Assembly (NCBI GenBank): GCA_964372875.1
Contig: CAYJTB010000002.1
Coordinates: 21,576-85,575 of the forward strand
DNA length: 64,000 nt
Direction: 5' to 3'
Origin: an uncultured bacterium
GTDB taxonomy: Bacteria; Omnitrophota; Omnitrophia; Omnitrophales; JACQLI01
Shown: positions 38,426 through 48,865 of the stretch, one piece after another
Position numbering within the stretch: the stretch's first letter is position 1
How the letters are laid out: every line of letters starts with the position of its first letter
Translations under genes and position numbers: made by a program
Notes under the pieces: model-generated
Databases searched by the model: none
What the model was told of the DNA's origin: nothing
What the model saw: only the letters and a program-made list of their open reading frames with translations

Positions 38426-41110
38426 ATGTCTAAACGTCTGTTTCTCATTGACGGACATTCTTTTTGTTACCGGGCGTTTTACGCCATTAGGTCTCTTTCA
38501 ACGTCGCGCGGCGAGGCCACAAATGCCATTTATGGATTTGTGACCATGCTGAGAAAGCTCGTGAATGAAGAGAAACCGGATTACCTTGCAATCTGTTTTG
38601 ACCGTAAGGAACCCACGTTTCGTCATGAGCGGTACAAAGAGTACAAAGCGCACCGCAAACCCATGCCCGATGACCTCATCGAACAGATGCCGGCCATTAA
38701 GGAACTGGTGACCGAGGCCTACCGGATTTGCCTTTTTGAGATGCCGGGTTATGAGGCGGACGATCTCATCGGGACCATTGCGCGGCGGGCGGAAAAAGAA
38801 GGCTTTGAGGTTTTTATTGTCACAGGCGACAAAGATGCGCTGCAGCTGGTGGATGACAAAATCAGAATTTATAACACTCACAAAGAGGGACTCATTTACG
38901 ACTCAAAAAAAGTCATGGAACGATTTGAAGGTTTAGGCCCAGAAAAAGTGGTAGAGGTGATGGCGCTTATGGGAGATTCCTCCGACAATATCCCGGGCGT
39001 TCCGGGCATTGGAGAAAAAACCGCCATTCGTCTCATTCAAGAATACGGCTCCGTCGACAGTCTCTATAAAAATATTAATGGTTTGAAATTAAAAGCCTTG
39101 GTTCAAACACTGCGTGAGAATGAACAAATCGCCCGGCTCTCCAAAGACCTGGCGCAAATTGACGTTCAAGTTCCTCTTGAAATCCATTGGGATGACCTTC
39201 GAATGAAGCCTGCGGACGAAGAAAAACTCGGCCAGCTTTTCAAGCGTTACGAATTCCGCACTCTTTTAAAAGAGCTCACTCCTACCGGTGAGGAAAAAAG
39301 CGCCGCGCGGTGTTACCAATCGATTACCCATGAGAAAGACCTAACCGCTTTGGTGAAGGATCTAGAGAAAGTGGATTTTTTTAGCTTTGACACTGAAACG
39401 ACGTCAGCCGATCCCATGCGGGCCTGTCTGGTGGGGATGAGTTTTTCATGGAAGCATTACAAGGCGGCTTATATTCCTACTTCCTCAGACCGGCACAAAG
39501 GCCCGGGCATTCCCGAAAAGCGCGCGTTGGAGATCGTCAAACCCCTTTTAGAAAATCCAAAATACAAAAAAGCCGGGCAAAACATTAAATATGATTCCAT
39601 CGTCATGCGCCGTCACGGGGTTCATTTGCAGGGAATTTGTTTTGATACGATGATCGCCAGTTACCTCGCCAACCCCATTAAGCTCAACCACAATCTCGAT
39701 GACATCTCTTTTGAATTTCTCCATGTCAAAAAAATTACCACGAAATCGCTTCTTGAAGGCGAAGGCAAAACCAAACTTCAATCCATGGATCTAGTCGCAC
39801 TGGAAAAAATCAGCGAATACGCCTGTGAAGATGCGGACTGCGTTTACCGGCTGATTCCCATCTTAAAAGATAAATTGGCGGCGCTGGAGCTGACGGAATT
39901 TTACGAGACCCTCGAACTTCCTCTCTCTGAAGTCCTGGCCCAAATGGAAATGAACGGTGTCAAAATTGACCTTAAGTTTCTGGCCAAACTTTCCGAAAAG
40001 ATGGCAGGCGATCTTGAACGTCTTACCCGCGACATTTACCGCGGAGCGGGTGAAGAATTTAACATCAATTCCACCAAACAGCTCGCCGAAATCCTTTTCG
40101 TTAAATTGAAATTTCCCGTGATCAGACGAACCAAAACAGGTTTTTCCACCGATGTCAGCGTGCTCGAAAAGCTCGCGGAAAGTTATCCGCTTCCGAAGCT
40201 GCTTCTTGAATACCGCGAGAAGGCAAAACTCAAATCCACTTATTTTGACGCGCTGCCCGAGATGGTGAATCCCGAGACCGGTTTAATCCATACTTCTTAT
40301 CACCAGACCGTCACTGCCACAGGCAGGCTTTCAAGTTCTGAGCCCAATCTTCAAAATATTCCGATTAAAACCGAAACCGGCCGCGAGATCAGGAAGGCCT
40401 TTGTCGCACGCGCCAAAGACCGCAAGATCCTTTCTGCCGATTATTCACAGATTGAGCTCCGGATCCTGGCGCACCTGTCTGAAGATGAAAATTTGATCCA
40501 GGCCTTTTTGGAAGACCGCGACATTCATAGTTTTACAGCCACCCTTCTTTACGGCCTCGAAGAAAAAGATGTGACGTATGAAATGCGCAATGCCTCAAAG
40601 ACCATTAATTTCAGCATCATTTATGGAAAAACAGCCTTTGGTCTATCGCAAGATCTTGGGATTTCGGTCTCAGAAGCTGATGATTTTATCAAAGCCTATT
40701 TCCTTCGTTATCCGGGAGTCTCAGAATACCTAGAAGCTCAAAAAGAAAAAGCGCGTAAAGACGGATACCTCACCACTTTTCTAGGCCGGCGTTCTTATTT
40801 TCCTGAGATCGGAGCAAAAAATATGCAGCTTCGGGCGATGGCGGAGCGCGCAGCGATCAACGCGCCTATTCAAGGGGCGGCCGCCGATTTGATCAAACTC
40901 GCCATGATCTCGGTTCATAAAGAGCTCGAACGCCAAGAGCTCAAGAGTTTGATGATCATGCAAGTCCACGACGAACTTGTCTTTGATATTTTGAATTCCG
41001 AAGAAGCGGCCATAAAAAAACTTATTATCCGGGAAATGGAATCGGCCGGTAAACTCCGGGTTCCCTTAAAGGTTAAGGTTAATGTCAGTGAAACGTGGTT
41101 CAGGGAATAA
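38426..41110 (+). CDS. polA: DNA polymerase I (5'-3' exonuclease, 3'-5' exonuclease and polymerase domains)
   Basis: The 894-aa product has the N-terminal LFLIDGHSFCYRAFYA, the exonuclease block FDTETTS and the polymerase motifs DYSQIELRILAH and QVHDELVF. Confidence 0.95.
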   Translation: MSKRLFLIDGHSFCYRAFYAIRSLSTSRGEATNAIYGFVTMLRKLVNEEKPDYLAICFDRKEPTFRHERYKEYKAHRKPMPDDLIEQMPAIKELVTEAYRICLFEMPGYEADDLIGTIARRAEKEGFEVFIVTGDKDALQLVDDKIRIYNTHKEGLIYDSKKVMERFEGLGPEKVVEVMALMGDSSDNIPGVPGIGEKTAIRLIQEYGSVDSLYKNINGLKLKALVQTLRENEQIARLSKDLAQIDVQVPLEIHWDDLRMKPADEEKLGQLFKRYEFRTLLKELTPTGEEKSAARCYQSITHEKDLTALVKDLEKVDFFSFDTETTSADPMRACLVGMSFSWKHYKAAYIPTSSDRHKGPGIPEKRALEIVKPLLENPKYKKAGQNIKYDSIVMRRHGVHLQGICFDTMIASYLANPIKLNHNLDDISFEFLHVKKITTKSLLEGEGKTKLQSMDLVALEKISEYACEDADCVYRLIPILKDKLAALELTEFYETLELPLSEVLAQMEMNGVKIDLKFLAKLSEKMAGDLERLTRDIYRGAGEEFNINSTKQLAEILFVKLKFPVIRRTKTGFSTDVSVLEKLAESYPLPKLLLEYREKAKLKSTYFDALPEMVNPETGLIHTSYHQTVTATGRLSSSEPNLQNIPIKTETGREIRKAFVARAKDRKILSADYSQIELRILAHLSEDENLIQAFLEDRDIHSFTATLLYGLEEKDVTYEMRNASKTINFSIIYGKTAFGLSQDLGISVSEADDFIKAYFLRYPGVSEYLEAQKEKARKDGYLTTFLGRRSYFPEIGAKNMQLRAMAERAAINAPIQGAAADLIKLAMISVHKELERQELKSLMIMQVHDELVFDILNSEEAAIKKLIIREMESAGKLRVPLKVKVNVSETWFRE

Positions 41111-41708
41111 AAAAAAGAGGCCGCTTCGGGTGGGACTTACCGGCAGTTTTGGAGCCGGCAAGAGCACCGTGGCGGGACTTTTTAAAAAAAACGGGGCGCA
41201 TGTGATCAGCGCCGACCGGCTGGCTCATGAAGTGTTCCATAAAACCAATCCGGTTTCTAGAAAGATCCGGTCGCTTTTTCCGGAAATCAAAGGAAGTTTG
41301 ACCCGGGCCAAGGTCGCCCAAATCATTTTTCAAGATCCCTCGAGGCGTTTAGTTCTCGAGTCCGTCATTCATCCTTATGTTTTTCAGCGCATCGAAGAGG
41401 ATCTGGCGAAAAAAAGAAAAGGGATTTCACTGATGGAAATCCCGCTGCTTTTTGAAACAGGTTTTGACCGCCGGTGCGACAAAACGATTGTCGTCAAAGC
41501 CCCGCGCGAAAAAGTATTGAAGCGTCTCCGGGCGAAAGGTTTCGGAAAAAGCGAGATCGAAAAACGCCGGCTTGCCCAAATGAGCGATCAGGAAAAAAAC
41601 AGACGGGCGGATTATCTCATTGATAATTCGAATGGCCTCGAAAAAACCAAAGAACAAGTTAAGACAATTTGGAGTGAACTTTTAAATATTCAGAAAGGAG
41701 CCAATTGA
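41082..41708 (+). CDS. coaE: Dephospho-CoA kinase
   Basis: The P-loop VGLTGSFGAGKSTVA. The start is uncertain, because this ORF start overlaps the polA end by 29 nt. Confidence 0.85.
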   Translation: MSVKRGSGNKKKRPLRVGLTGSFGAGKSTVAGLFKKNGAHVISADRLAHEVFHKTNPVSRKIRSLFPEIKGSLTRAKVAQIIFQDPSRRLVLESVIHPYVFQRIEEDLAKKRKGISLMEIPLLFETGFDRRCDKTIVVKAPREKVLKRLRAKGFGKSEIEKRRLAQMSDQEKNRRADYLIDNSNGLEKTKEQVKTIWSELLNIQKGAN

Positions 41709-41714
41709 AAAACA

Positions 41715-43136
41715 ATGGCTAGAGAAAGAGAAAGAGAACGAGAAAGAACAAGTAACCCAGCAGGAAGAAGAACCAACGATGTCCCCAAACCGGTTTCGGT
41801 GGAAGAGACGGAGTCCCGGCCCCCGATCCAAAGACAGGAGCCGCCGCCTACTACTTTTACGCGGCCCGATGGAGACAGGGGGCTTGATGTTGCCAGCCTC
41901 AAGAAGATGAAGATCAATGATCTTCATGACTTGGCGAGGAAATTCAAAGTCGAGCTTCCCACCGGCATCAAAAAACAGGATTTGATTTTTAAAATCTTGG
42001 AGGCGAAGGCCAAAGAATCCGGGCTCATGTATGGGGAAGGCGTCCTTGAAATCCTCCAAGACGGATTTGGATTCCTGCGCTCTCCCAATTACAATTATCT
42101 TCCTTCGCCGGATGATATTTATTGCAGCCCAAGCCAAATCCGGAAATTTAATTTAAGAACCGGTGACACGATAAGCGGACAAATTCGCTCCCCTAAAGAG
42201 GGCGAGCGTTATTTTGCGCTGCTGAAAGTGGAAGCGGTCAATTATGAGGATCCCGAAGCCATCAGGGACAAGATTCCTTTTGATAACCTGACGCCTCTTT
42301 ACCCGGAAGAAAAAATTCGTCTGGAAACTGCGCCCAACGAAATTTCGATGCGGGTTATGGATCTTCTGACACCCATCGGAAAAGGGCAACGCGGATTGAT
42401 TGTAGCCGCACCTTACAGCGGCAAGACAGTCCTCCTGCAAAAAATCGCCAATAGTGTTACGCAAAATCATCCGGAGGTTTATCTGATCGTCCTTTTGATC
42501 GATGAGCGTCCGGAAGAAGTGACAGACATGCAGCGTTCGGTGAAAGGCGAAGTCATTTCTTCCACCTTTGACGAACCGGCTGAGCGGCATGTGCAGGTGG
42601 CGGAGATCGTTTTGGAGAAAGCGAAGCGGCTGGTGGAACACAAACGCGACGTCTTGATCCTTCTTGATTCGATCACACGTCTTGCGCGGGCGTACAACAC
42701 GGTCGTGCCGCATTCAGGAAAGATTCTCTCAGGCGGTATCGATTCCAACGCGCTCCACAAGCCCAAGCGTTTCTTCGGTTCCGCAAGAAACGTCGAAGAG
42801 GGCGGAAGCCTTACGATCATTGCGACAGCTTTGGTCGACACGGGTTCGCGCATGGACGATGTCATCTTTGAAGAATTCAAAGGAACCGGCAACATGGAAC
42901 TTCAGCTCGACCGGAACCTTTTCCAGCGGAGAATTTATCCCGCCATCGATGTCAAAAAATCCAACACTAGAAAAGAGGAGCTTCTGCTTCCCTCGGATGA
43001 ACTTCAACGGGTTTGGATCCTCCGGAAAGTTCTCAATGAACTGAATCCGACCGAGGCGATGGAACTTTTGGTGAACCGTTTGGCAAAAACCAAAAGCAAC
43101 AGCGAATTTCTCTCTAACATGAATAAAATGGAGTAA
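41715..43136 (+). CDS. rho: Transcription termination factor Rho, with an arginine/glutamate-rich N-terminal extension
   Basis: The Rho N-terminal and RNA-binding blocks ([19 protein letters not shown]), Walker A APYSGKT and the C-terminal RIYPAIDV. The N-terminus begins [19 protein letters not shown]. Confidence 0.93.
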   Translation: MARERERERERTSNPAGRRTNDVPKPVSVEETESRPPIQRQEPPPTTFTRPDGDRGLDVASLKKMKINDLHDLARKFKVELPTGIKKQDLIFKILEAKAKESGLMYGEGVLEILQDGFGFLRSPNYNYLPSPDDIYCSPSQIRKFNLRTGDTISGQIRSPKEGERYFALLKVEAVNYEDPEAIRDKIPFDNLTPLYPEEKIRLETAPNEISMRVMDLLTPIGKGQRGLIVAAPYSGKTVLLQKIANSVTQNHPEVYLIVLLIDERPEEVTDMQRSVKGEVISSTFDEPAERHVQVAEIVLEKAKRLVEHKRDVLILLDSITRLARAYNTVVPHSGKILSGGIDSNALHKPKRFFGSARNVEEGGSLTIIATALVDTGSRMDDVIFEEFKGTGNMELQLDRNLFQRRIYPAIDVKKSNTRKEELLLPSDELQRVWILRKVLNELNPTEAMELLVNRLAKTKSNSEFLSNMNKME

Positions 43137-43372
43137 TGAAAATGAAAGAAGGAATACACCCCAGCTACGGACCCTCGGTGGTCCAATGCGCTTGCGGCAA
43201 CATGATCGAGACGCGCGGTACGAAATCCCGCGTGTCGGTGGATATCTGTTCCAGCTGCCATCCGTTTTATACGGGCCAACAAAAGCTCGTGGATACGGCA
43301 GGACGCATTGACCGGTTTCAGAAAAAGTATGCGGGAAAGGTTACTTCCGGCAAAAAGAGCAGTAAGAAGTAA
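43136..43372 (+). CDS. rpmE: 50S ribosomal protein L31
   Basis: MKEGIHPSY...[10 protein letters not shown]. The start is ATG 43136 or 43142. Confidence 0.9.
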   Translation: MKMKEGIHPSYGPSVVQCACGNMIETRGTKSRVSVDICSSCHPFYTGQQKLVDTAGRIDRFQKKYAGKVTSGKKSSKK

Positions 43373-43392
43373 ACCCGGAGTAAAACCCTTTT

Positions 43393-44481
43393 GTGCTCCC
43401 CCGGCTCCGTCTCGAAAAAATTCTGAAAAGGTCCGAGGAAATTGAAAACCTCTTGGGCCAGATTGAAATCGCCCGAGATCCTTCCAAAACTCAGACGCTT
43501 TCTAAAGAACTGGCCGGGCTTTTGATCGTCCTCAAACCTTTCAAAGAATTTTTGAAGATTGAAAAAGAAGCCGCGGAGATCGAGTCTTTTTTAAAAGAGG
43601 CGGGCCACGAAGCCGAGCTGAAACGTCTCTATGAAGAAGAGAAAACAAAACTTCTTCAAACAAAAGATCAGTTAGAACGCGACATAGAAGACCAGATCCT
43701 GCGGGAAGATGACCCCGATGCCGCTAGAAACGCGATCGTAGAAATCAGGGCGGGTACCGGGGGCGAGGAGGCCGCACTTTTTGCGAGCGATCTTTTTAGG
43801 ATGTACAGCCGTTACGCCCAAGACCGCGGTTTAAAAGTGGAAGTGATGGATACGAGCCTTGCGGGCAAAGGTGGTTTTAAAGAAATTATTTTTGGAGTTT
43901 CAGGTCCGGATGCCTATCGCCGGTTTAAATATGAAAGCGGGATCCACCGCGTGCAGCGCGTTCCGGAGACTGAGGCAAGCGGAAGGATTCATACCTCGGC
44001 CGTCACGGTGGCGGTACTTCCTGAGGCGGAAGAGGTGGATGTAGCGATCCAGCCTACAGAAGTTAGGATTGAGACCTTTAGGTCTTCAGGCCCGGGCGGA
44101 CAGCACGTCAATAAGACCGATTCCGCGGTCCGGCTCATTCATATTCCGAGCGGGCTTGTGGTCAGTTGTCAGGACGAAAAGTCGCAGTATAAAAATAAGA
44201 CCAAGGCCTTCCGGATTTTAAGAACGCGGCTTCTGGAATTGAAGCGCAAGGAGCAAGACGAAAAAATCCGGGCTGCCCGCAGAAAGCAAGTGGGCTCAGG
44301 CGACCGCTCCGGAAAAATACGAACTTATAACTTTCATGATAGCCGGGTGAGTGACCACCGGGTAGGTTTGACTTTGCATAACCTCGATGATATTTTAAAC
44401 GGAAATTTGGAAGAATTATTCCAAGCTTTGGAAAAAAAAGAAAGGACTCGGCGCCTCGCCGGGGAAAACGATGGCGAGTAA
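43393..44481 (+). CDS. prfA: Peptide chain release factor 1
   Basis: GTG start. The GGQ motif SGPGGQHVNKTDSAVR, and an RF1-type tripeptide region RVQRVPETE. Confidence 0.9.
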   Translation: MLPRLRLEKILKRSEEIENLLGQIEIARDPSKTQTLSKELAGLLIVLKPFKEFLKIEKEAAEIESFLKEAGHEAELKRLYEEEKTKLLQTKDQLERDIEDQILREDDPDAARNAIVEIRAGTGGEEAALFASDLFRMYSRYAQDRGLKVEVMDTSLAGKGGFKEIIFGVSGPDAYRRFKYESGIHRVQRVPETEASGRIHTSAVTVAVLPEAEEVDVAIQPTEVRIETFRSSGPGGQHVNKTDSAVRLIHIPSGLVVSCQDEKSQYKNKTKAFRILRTRLLELKRKEQDEKIRAARRKQVGSGDRSGKIRTYNFHDSRVSDHRVGLTLHNLDDILNGNLEELFQALEKKERTRRLAGENDGE

Positions 44482-45340
44482 CGTTTTAGTGCACGCTAAG
44501 GATCTTCGGTCGTCTGTCGAGTGGGGGCAAAAAGAGCTTTCATTTTTAAGCCCTGAAGAGGCCCAAGAAGAATGCGAAATTATTTTCTCAACACTCTTGG
44601 GTGTTTCCCGATCAGGAATTTATTTCGAGACAGATTTTAATCAGGAGCTCTGCCAAGAATTTTCTCGTTTGGTCAGGAACCGAAAACATAGAATTCCTCT
44701 CGCTTATCTTCTTAAGCGAGCCCCTTTTTGGGAAGACGAGCTTGAGGCGGAAGAAGGGGTTCTGATTCCAAGGCCCGAGACAGAGATTTTGATCGGGGCC
44801 TTTACTCAATTGTCCGGTTTTTCTAGCAAGGATTCATTCCGGTTTTTGGATTTAGGATCAGGTTCCGGGAATATTGCGGTTACGATTGCGAAATTGTTTC
44901 CCGGGTCCAAGGGCGTGGGTTCGGATATTTCGGCCCCAGCGATTTCACTTGGACAGAGAAATGCCGAGCGTCTTGGGGTCAGCAATCGGCTTGAATGGAT
45001 TCAAGCAGATGGCCTCAGTTTTTTTAGTGATAAAAAATTTGACGTTATTTTTTCCAATCCTCCTTATATAAAGACAAAGGATTGTAAGCGTCTTCAACCG
45101 GAAGTTTGCAAAGAGCCCGGGCTTGCCCTGGACGGCGGAGAAGACGGGCTTCATTTTTACCGGATGATTTTTCAAAATCTTCGTTGCCTTAAACCCAACG
45201 GAAGTCTTTGGGTTGAAATGGGCTGGGACCAAAGCAAGGCCGTGCAATCTTTTTTTAAAGGAAATTTTCAACAAGTGAATGTTTTCAAAGATTTTAATCA
45301 GATCGACCGGATTGTCGGCGGATTAGGATTGAATGGATAA
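44471..45340 (+). CDS. prmC: Release-factor glutamine N5-methyltransferase
   Basis: The SAM motif LDLGSGSGNIA and the catalytic NPPY (FSNPPYI). It lies immediately after prfA. Confidence 0.88.
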   Translation: MASNVLVHAKDLRSSVEWGQKELSFLSPEEAQEECEIIFSTLLGVSRSGIYFETDFNQELCQEFSRLVRNRKHRIPLAYLLKRAPFWEDELEAEEGVLIPRPETEILIGAFTQLSGFSSKDSFRFLDLGSGSGNIAVTIAKLFPGSKGVGSDISAPAISLGQRNAERLGVSNRLEWIQADGLSFFSDKKFDVIFSNPPYIKTKDCKRLQPEVCKEPGLALDGGEDGLHFYRMIFQNLRCLKPNGSLWVEMGWDQSKAVQSFFKGNFQQVNVFKDFNQIDRIVGGLGLNG

Positions 45341-46598
45341 GCTCGTTATCCACGGCGGCCGAAGGCTGAAAGGCGAAGTCGAGGTTTCGGGGGCTAAGAA
45401 CTCAGCGCTTCCTATTATGGCGGCAGCACTTCTGAGCGATGAAGAATCCATTTTGGAAAATGTCCCGTATCTTCGGGACATCTCTACCATGATGAAGCTT
45501 CTTCATTCTTTGGGGGCCAAGGTTCACTATGAAGCAGGAACTTTGGTGATTAAGCCCGGGAAAAATCTAAGACCCGTTGCTCCTTATAAATTAGTCAGTA
45601 CGATGCGTGCCTCCGTTTGTGTGTTGGGTCCTTTGCTTGCACGGCTTGGATATGCGGAAGTTTCACTTCCCGGAGGGTGCGTGATTGGGCCCCGGCCTAT
45701 TGATCTTCATTTAAAAGGCCTCCGCGGCCTGGGCGCTCAAATTGATATCGAACATGGTTACGTGAAAGCGCGGGCAAAGCGGAAACTTCGCGGAAACGAA
45801 ATTTTTCTGGGAGGATCTTTTGGCTCCTCCGTTCTTGCTACGGGAAATGTGATGATGGCGGCCACGCTTACTTCAGGGACGACGGTCATTGAAAATGCAG
45901 CCTGCGAGCCCGAAGTAGTGGATCTTGCAGCGTGCCTCAAAAAAATGGGGGCAAAGATTCACGGTGAAGGATCCCCGCGCGTCCAAATTGAAGGCGTGAA
46001 ACATCTGAGAGGAATGCGGCATCAAGTCATCCCGGACCGTATCGAGACAGGGACTTATATGGTAGCGGCTGCGATCACAGGCGGTGATGTTCTTGTGAAG
46101 AAGGCAATCCCCGAACATCAAAATGCTTTGATGGATAAACTCCTCCAAAGCGGGGTCAAAATAGAAAGAAAAGGAAATGGGATCCACATCAAGCGGAATG
46201 GAAAACTCCAACCCGTGGACCTCGCGACGCATCCTTATCCTGGATTTCCGACAGATCTGCAGGCCCAGATCATGGCTTTGATGACGGTGGCCCCGGGGAT
46301 CAGTGTCATCACAGAAAAAATTTATCCGGACCGGTTCATTCACGTCGCTGAACTGAATCGTATGGGATCGCGGATTTTTCTTGAGGGCAATAGCGCGATT
46401 GTCCACGGGGTAAAACAATTGAGCGGGGCGCCCGTCACGGCATCCGATTTGCGGGCAAGCGCAGCACTTCTTTTGGCGGGTCTGGTGGCGGAAGGAAAAA
46501 CCGAGGTCCACCGTGTGTATCACTTAGACCGCGGGTATGAACAAATCGAAGAGAAATTTTCAAAACTAGGGGCTCGGGTAACCCGAGAGAAAGAATAA
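45333..46598 (+). CDS. murA: UDP-N-acetylglucosamine 1-carboxyvinyltransferase
   Basis: The N-terminal GEVEVSGAKNSALPIMAAALL, and a length and block pattern typical of MurA. Confidence 0.93.
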   Translation: MDKLVIHGGRRLKGEVEVSGAKNSALPIMAAALLSDEESILENVPYLRDISTMMKLLHSLGAKVHYEAGTLVIKPGKNLRPVAPYKLVSTMRASVCVLGPLLARLGYAEVSLPGGCVIGPRPIDLHLKGLRGLGAQIDIEHGYVKARAKRKLRGNEIFLGGSFGSSVLATGNVMMAATLTSGTTVIENAACEPEVVDLAACLKKMGAKIHGEGSPRVQIEGVKHLRGMRHQVIPDRIETGTYMVAAAITGGDVLVKKAIPEHQNALMDKLLQSGVKIERKGNGIHIKRNGKLQPVDLATHPYPGFPTDLQAQIMALMTVAPGISVITEKIYPDRFIHVAELNRMGSRIFLEGNSAIVHGVKQLSGAPVTASDLRASAALLLAGLVAEGKTEVHRVYHLDRGYEQIEEKFSKLGARVTREKE

Positions 46599-46613
46599 AG
46601 GGGAACAATCACC

Positions 46614-46859
46614 ATGAATGTAATACGACTGAAAAAAGTGGGAACAAAAAATTTAAAAAAGTGGCGCGTGATTGTGACTGATCGTACTGCGCCGCGTAAC
46701 GGACGCCTCTTGGAAGAGCTGGGCTCTTACAACTCACTTGTCAATCCGCCTGAAATCCGGATCCGGCTTGATCAATATGAGACCTGGGTGAAAAATGGCG
46801 CTAAACCAAGTGCCACGGTTGCGAATCTGGTTAAGGAACAGAAAAAATCGAAGGCATAA
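46614..46859 (+). CDS. rpsP: 30S ribosomal protein S16
   Basis: MNVIRLKKVGTKNLKKWRVIVTD..., with conserved rpsP-trmD-rplS gene order. Confidence 0.9.
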   Translation: MNVIRLKKVGTKNLKKWRVIVTDRTAPRNGRLLEELGSYNSLVNPPEIRIRLDQYETWVKNGAKPSATVANLVKEQKKSKA

Positions 46860-46870
46860 GCTGATTAAAA

Positions 46871-47584
46871 ATGCGCATCGATCTGGTTACGCTTTTTCCT
46901 GATTTTTTTGATTGGCCCTTTTCAAATTCTATTTTTAAACGGGCCCAGTCCGAGGGAAAAGTTGAATTTCACGTTCATAACCCCCGCGATTTTACGGACG
47001 ACCGGCACCAAACCGTGGATGAAAAACCCTTCGGCGGTGGCGCGGGGATGGTGATGAAACCCGAGCCTGTGTTCCGATGTGTGGAATCGATTCCCGGAAA
47101 GGGCTGGGTGATTCTCTTGACGCCCCGGGGGCGGCCCTTAACGCAGGACCTTGCGCAAAAGCTGTCAAAAAAGAAGCATTTGATTTTATTGTGCGGTCAT
47201 TATGAAGGGATCGATGAAAGGGTCTCTGAGGGCTTGGCCGACCAGGAAATTTCGATTGGTGATTTTATTATGATGGGTGGTGAGGCCCCGGCTTTATGTT
47301 TGATCGAAAGTGTGGTTCGTCTGGGGCCCGGAATTTTAGGAAACCCAGAGTCTATCAAAGAAGAAAGTTTTAGCGAAGCGGGCCTGGAATTTCCACAATA
47401 CACAAAACCCCGAAGTTTTCGGGGAATGAAAGTACCGGAGGTTCTTCTTTCCGGCAATCATCAAGCAATTGAAGGATGGAGAAAAATGGAAGCGCTGCGT
47501 CAAACTCAAAAAAACCGCCCGGATCTTTTGGCGGTTTCTCATAACGGACGCGGGCCTAAGAATGGAAAGAGGAAATCAAAATGA
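46871..47584 (+). CDS. trmD: tRNA (guanine37-N1)-methyltransferase
   Basis: MRIDLVTLFPDFF..., CGHYEGIDERV and IGDFIMMGGE. Confidence 0.92.
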   Translation: MRIDLVTLFPDFFDWPFSNSIFKRAQSEGKVEFHVHNPRDFTDDRHQTVDEKPFGGGAGMVMKPEPVFRCVESIPGKGWVILLTPRGRPLTQDLAQKLSKKKHLILLCGHYEGIDERVSEGLADQEISIGDFIMMGGEAPALCLIESVVRLGPGILGNPESIKEESFSEAGLEFPQYTKPRSFRGMKVPEVLLSGNHQAIEGWRKMEALRQTQKNRPDLLAVSHNGRGPKNGKRKSK

Positions 47585-47859
47585 ATCTCATAGAAAAAAC
47601 AGAAGCTCCTTTTATGAAAAAAGACTTACCCGCTTTTCGCATCGGGGATACCTTAAAAGTTTATTTCCGCGTGAAGGAAGGAGAAAAAACAAGAACCCAA
47701 CTTTTTGAGGGAACTTGTACGGCAAGGCGGGGACGCGGACTGGGCGTCACTTGCACTGTGGTCAAAGAGGCTTACGGAGACAAAGTGGAAAAGACTTTTC
47801 CTTTGCATTCTCCGACCGTTGAAAAAATCTTTGTTGTTCAAAGCAAAACGAAAAAATAA
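47581..47859 (+). CDS. rplS: 50S ribosomal protein L19 (short, 92 aa)
   Basis: The blocks FRIGDTLKV and FEGTCTARRGRGL...FPLHSP match L19. The usual basic C-terminal tail is absent. Confidence 0.85.
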   Translation: MNLIEKTEAPFMKKDLPAFRIGDTLKVYFRVKEGEKTRTQLFEGTCTARRGRGLGVTCTVVKEAYGDKVEKTFPLHSPTVEKIFVVQSKTKK

Positions 47860-47865
47860 TCCGCC

Positions 47866-48504
47866 TTGTTGAAACTAGATCGCGAGCGATCGCTCTTTCG
47901 ATTTGACCAACGTTTTGAGAAGGAAACTGCGGAAGTCATTGCAGGAGTTGATGAGGTAGGCCGTGGGCCGTTGGCCGGCCCGGTGGTAGCCGCCGCGGTG
48001 ATTCTGAGAAAAAAAATCTCTCTCCCCGGGCTTAACGATTCCAAAAAAGTTTCTGCCGAGACACGAAAAGAACTTTTTTTTCAAATCATCAGGCAGGCAG
48101 TGATCGGCATCGGAGCGGTAAGCGAAACGATCATCGACCAAATTAATATTTTGCAAGCCACGCGAGTGGCCATGAGGCAGGCTGTCCTGGCACTTTCTAG
48201 AACTCCAACCCTTCTTCTTATTGATGGCCAAATCCGGCTTGACCTGCCCCTGAAACAAATCGCAATCATCCAAGGAGACGGCCAGTCTGCAGCCATTGCC
48301 GCCGCTTCCATCGTGGCAAAAGTTTATCGTGATTCTTTGATGGAATCTCTTGATCGAGATTATCCGGAATACGGGTTTGCCCAGCACAAGGGTTACCCCA
48401 CGCCGGAACATCTGGAAGTGCTCCGCAAAAAAGGCCCCGCCAAAATTCACCGCCGAACCTTCGCGCCGGTTCACAAGTGCCTGCAAAGCATTTCTTATGA
48501 GTGA
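47866..48504 (+). CDS. rnhB: Ribonuclease HII
   Basis: IAGVDEVGRGPLAGPVV and the block DSKK. TTG start; the true start may lie further downstream. Confidence 0.9.
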   Translation: MLKLDRERSLFRFDQRFEKETAEVIAGVDEVGRGPLAGPVVAAAVILRKKISLPGLNDSKKVSAETRKELFFQIIRQAVIGIGAVSETIIDQINILQATRVAMRQAVLALSRTPTLLLIDGQIRLDLPLKQIAIIQGDGQSAAIAAASIVAKVYRDSLMESLDRDYPEYGFAQHKGYPTPEHLEVLRKKGPAKIHRRTFAPVHKCLQSISYE

Positions 48505-48865
48505 TTTTCTTGGATTGGGCGGACGCGGGGAGGGTCTGGCCTGGGGTTTTTTGAAAAAACAAGGTTACAAGATCCTCGAAAAAAACTACCGCACCAAACT
48601 TGGCGAAATTGATGTGATCGCTTCAAAAAAGCGTACCCTCGTATTTATCGAAATCAAAACAAGACGCAATCATAATTTCGGCCTGCCTGAAGAGGCGATC
48701 GATTGGAAAAAACGCCGGAAAATGATCCGTGCGGCGGAAATTTATCTCCAGTCAAAACGGCTAGAGAATAAAGAGGCGAGATTTGATATTCTTGCCATCA
48801 CATGGAACGGCGAAGAAGAGCCGCATTTTAATCTCTTGGAAAACGCTTTCGAAATAGAGGCCTGA
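48497..48865 (+). CDS. yraN: YraN-family (UPF0102) endonuclease-like protein
   Basis: ATG 48497 overlaps the rnhB stop. GEGLAWGFLKKQGYKILEKNYRTKLGEIDVIA...VFIEIKTR is the typical YraN pattern. Confidence 0.85.
   Translation: MSDFLGLGGRGEGLAWGFLKKQGYKILEKNYRTKLGEIDVIASKKRTLVFIEIKTRRNHNFGLPEEAIDWKKRRKMIRAAEIYLQSKRLENKEARFDILAITWNGEEEPHFNLLENAFEIEA

Noticed and set aside
47581-47880. The short L19 (92 aa) ends in an A-run (AAAAAATAA), which could indicate a homopolymer frameshift or pseudogene.
   Set aside because: Shifting the frame by +1 or -1 after the A-run does not recover the usual basic L19 tail (KLYYLR...). The downstream sequence instead reads into rnhB, so I keep it as a genuinely short L19.
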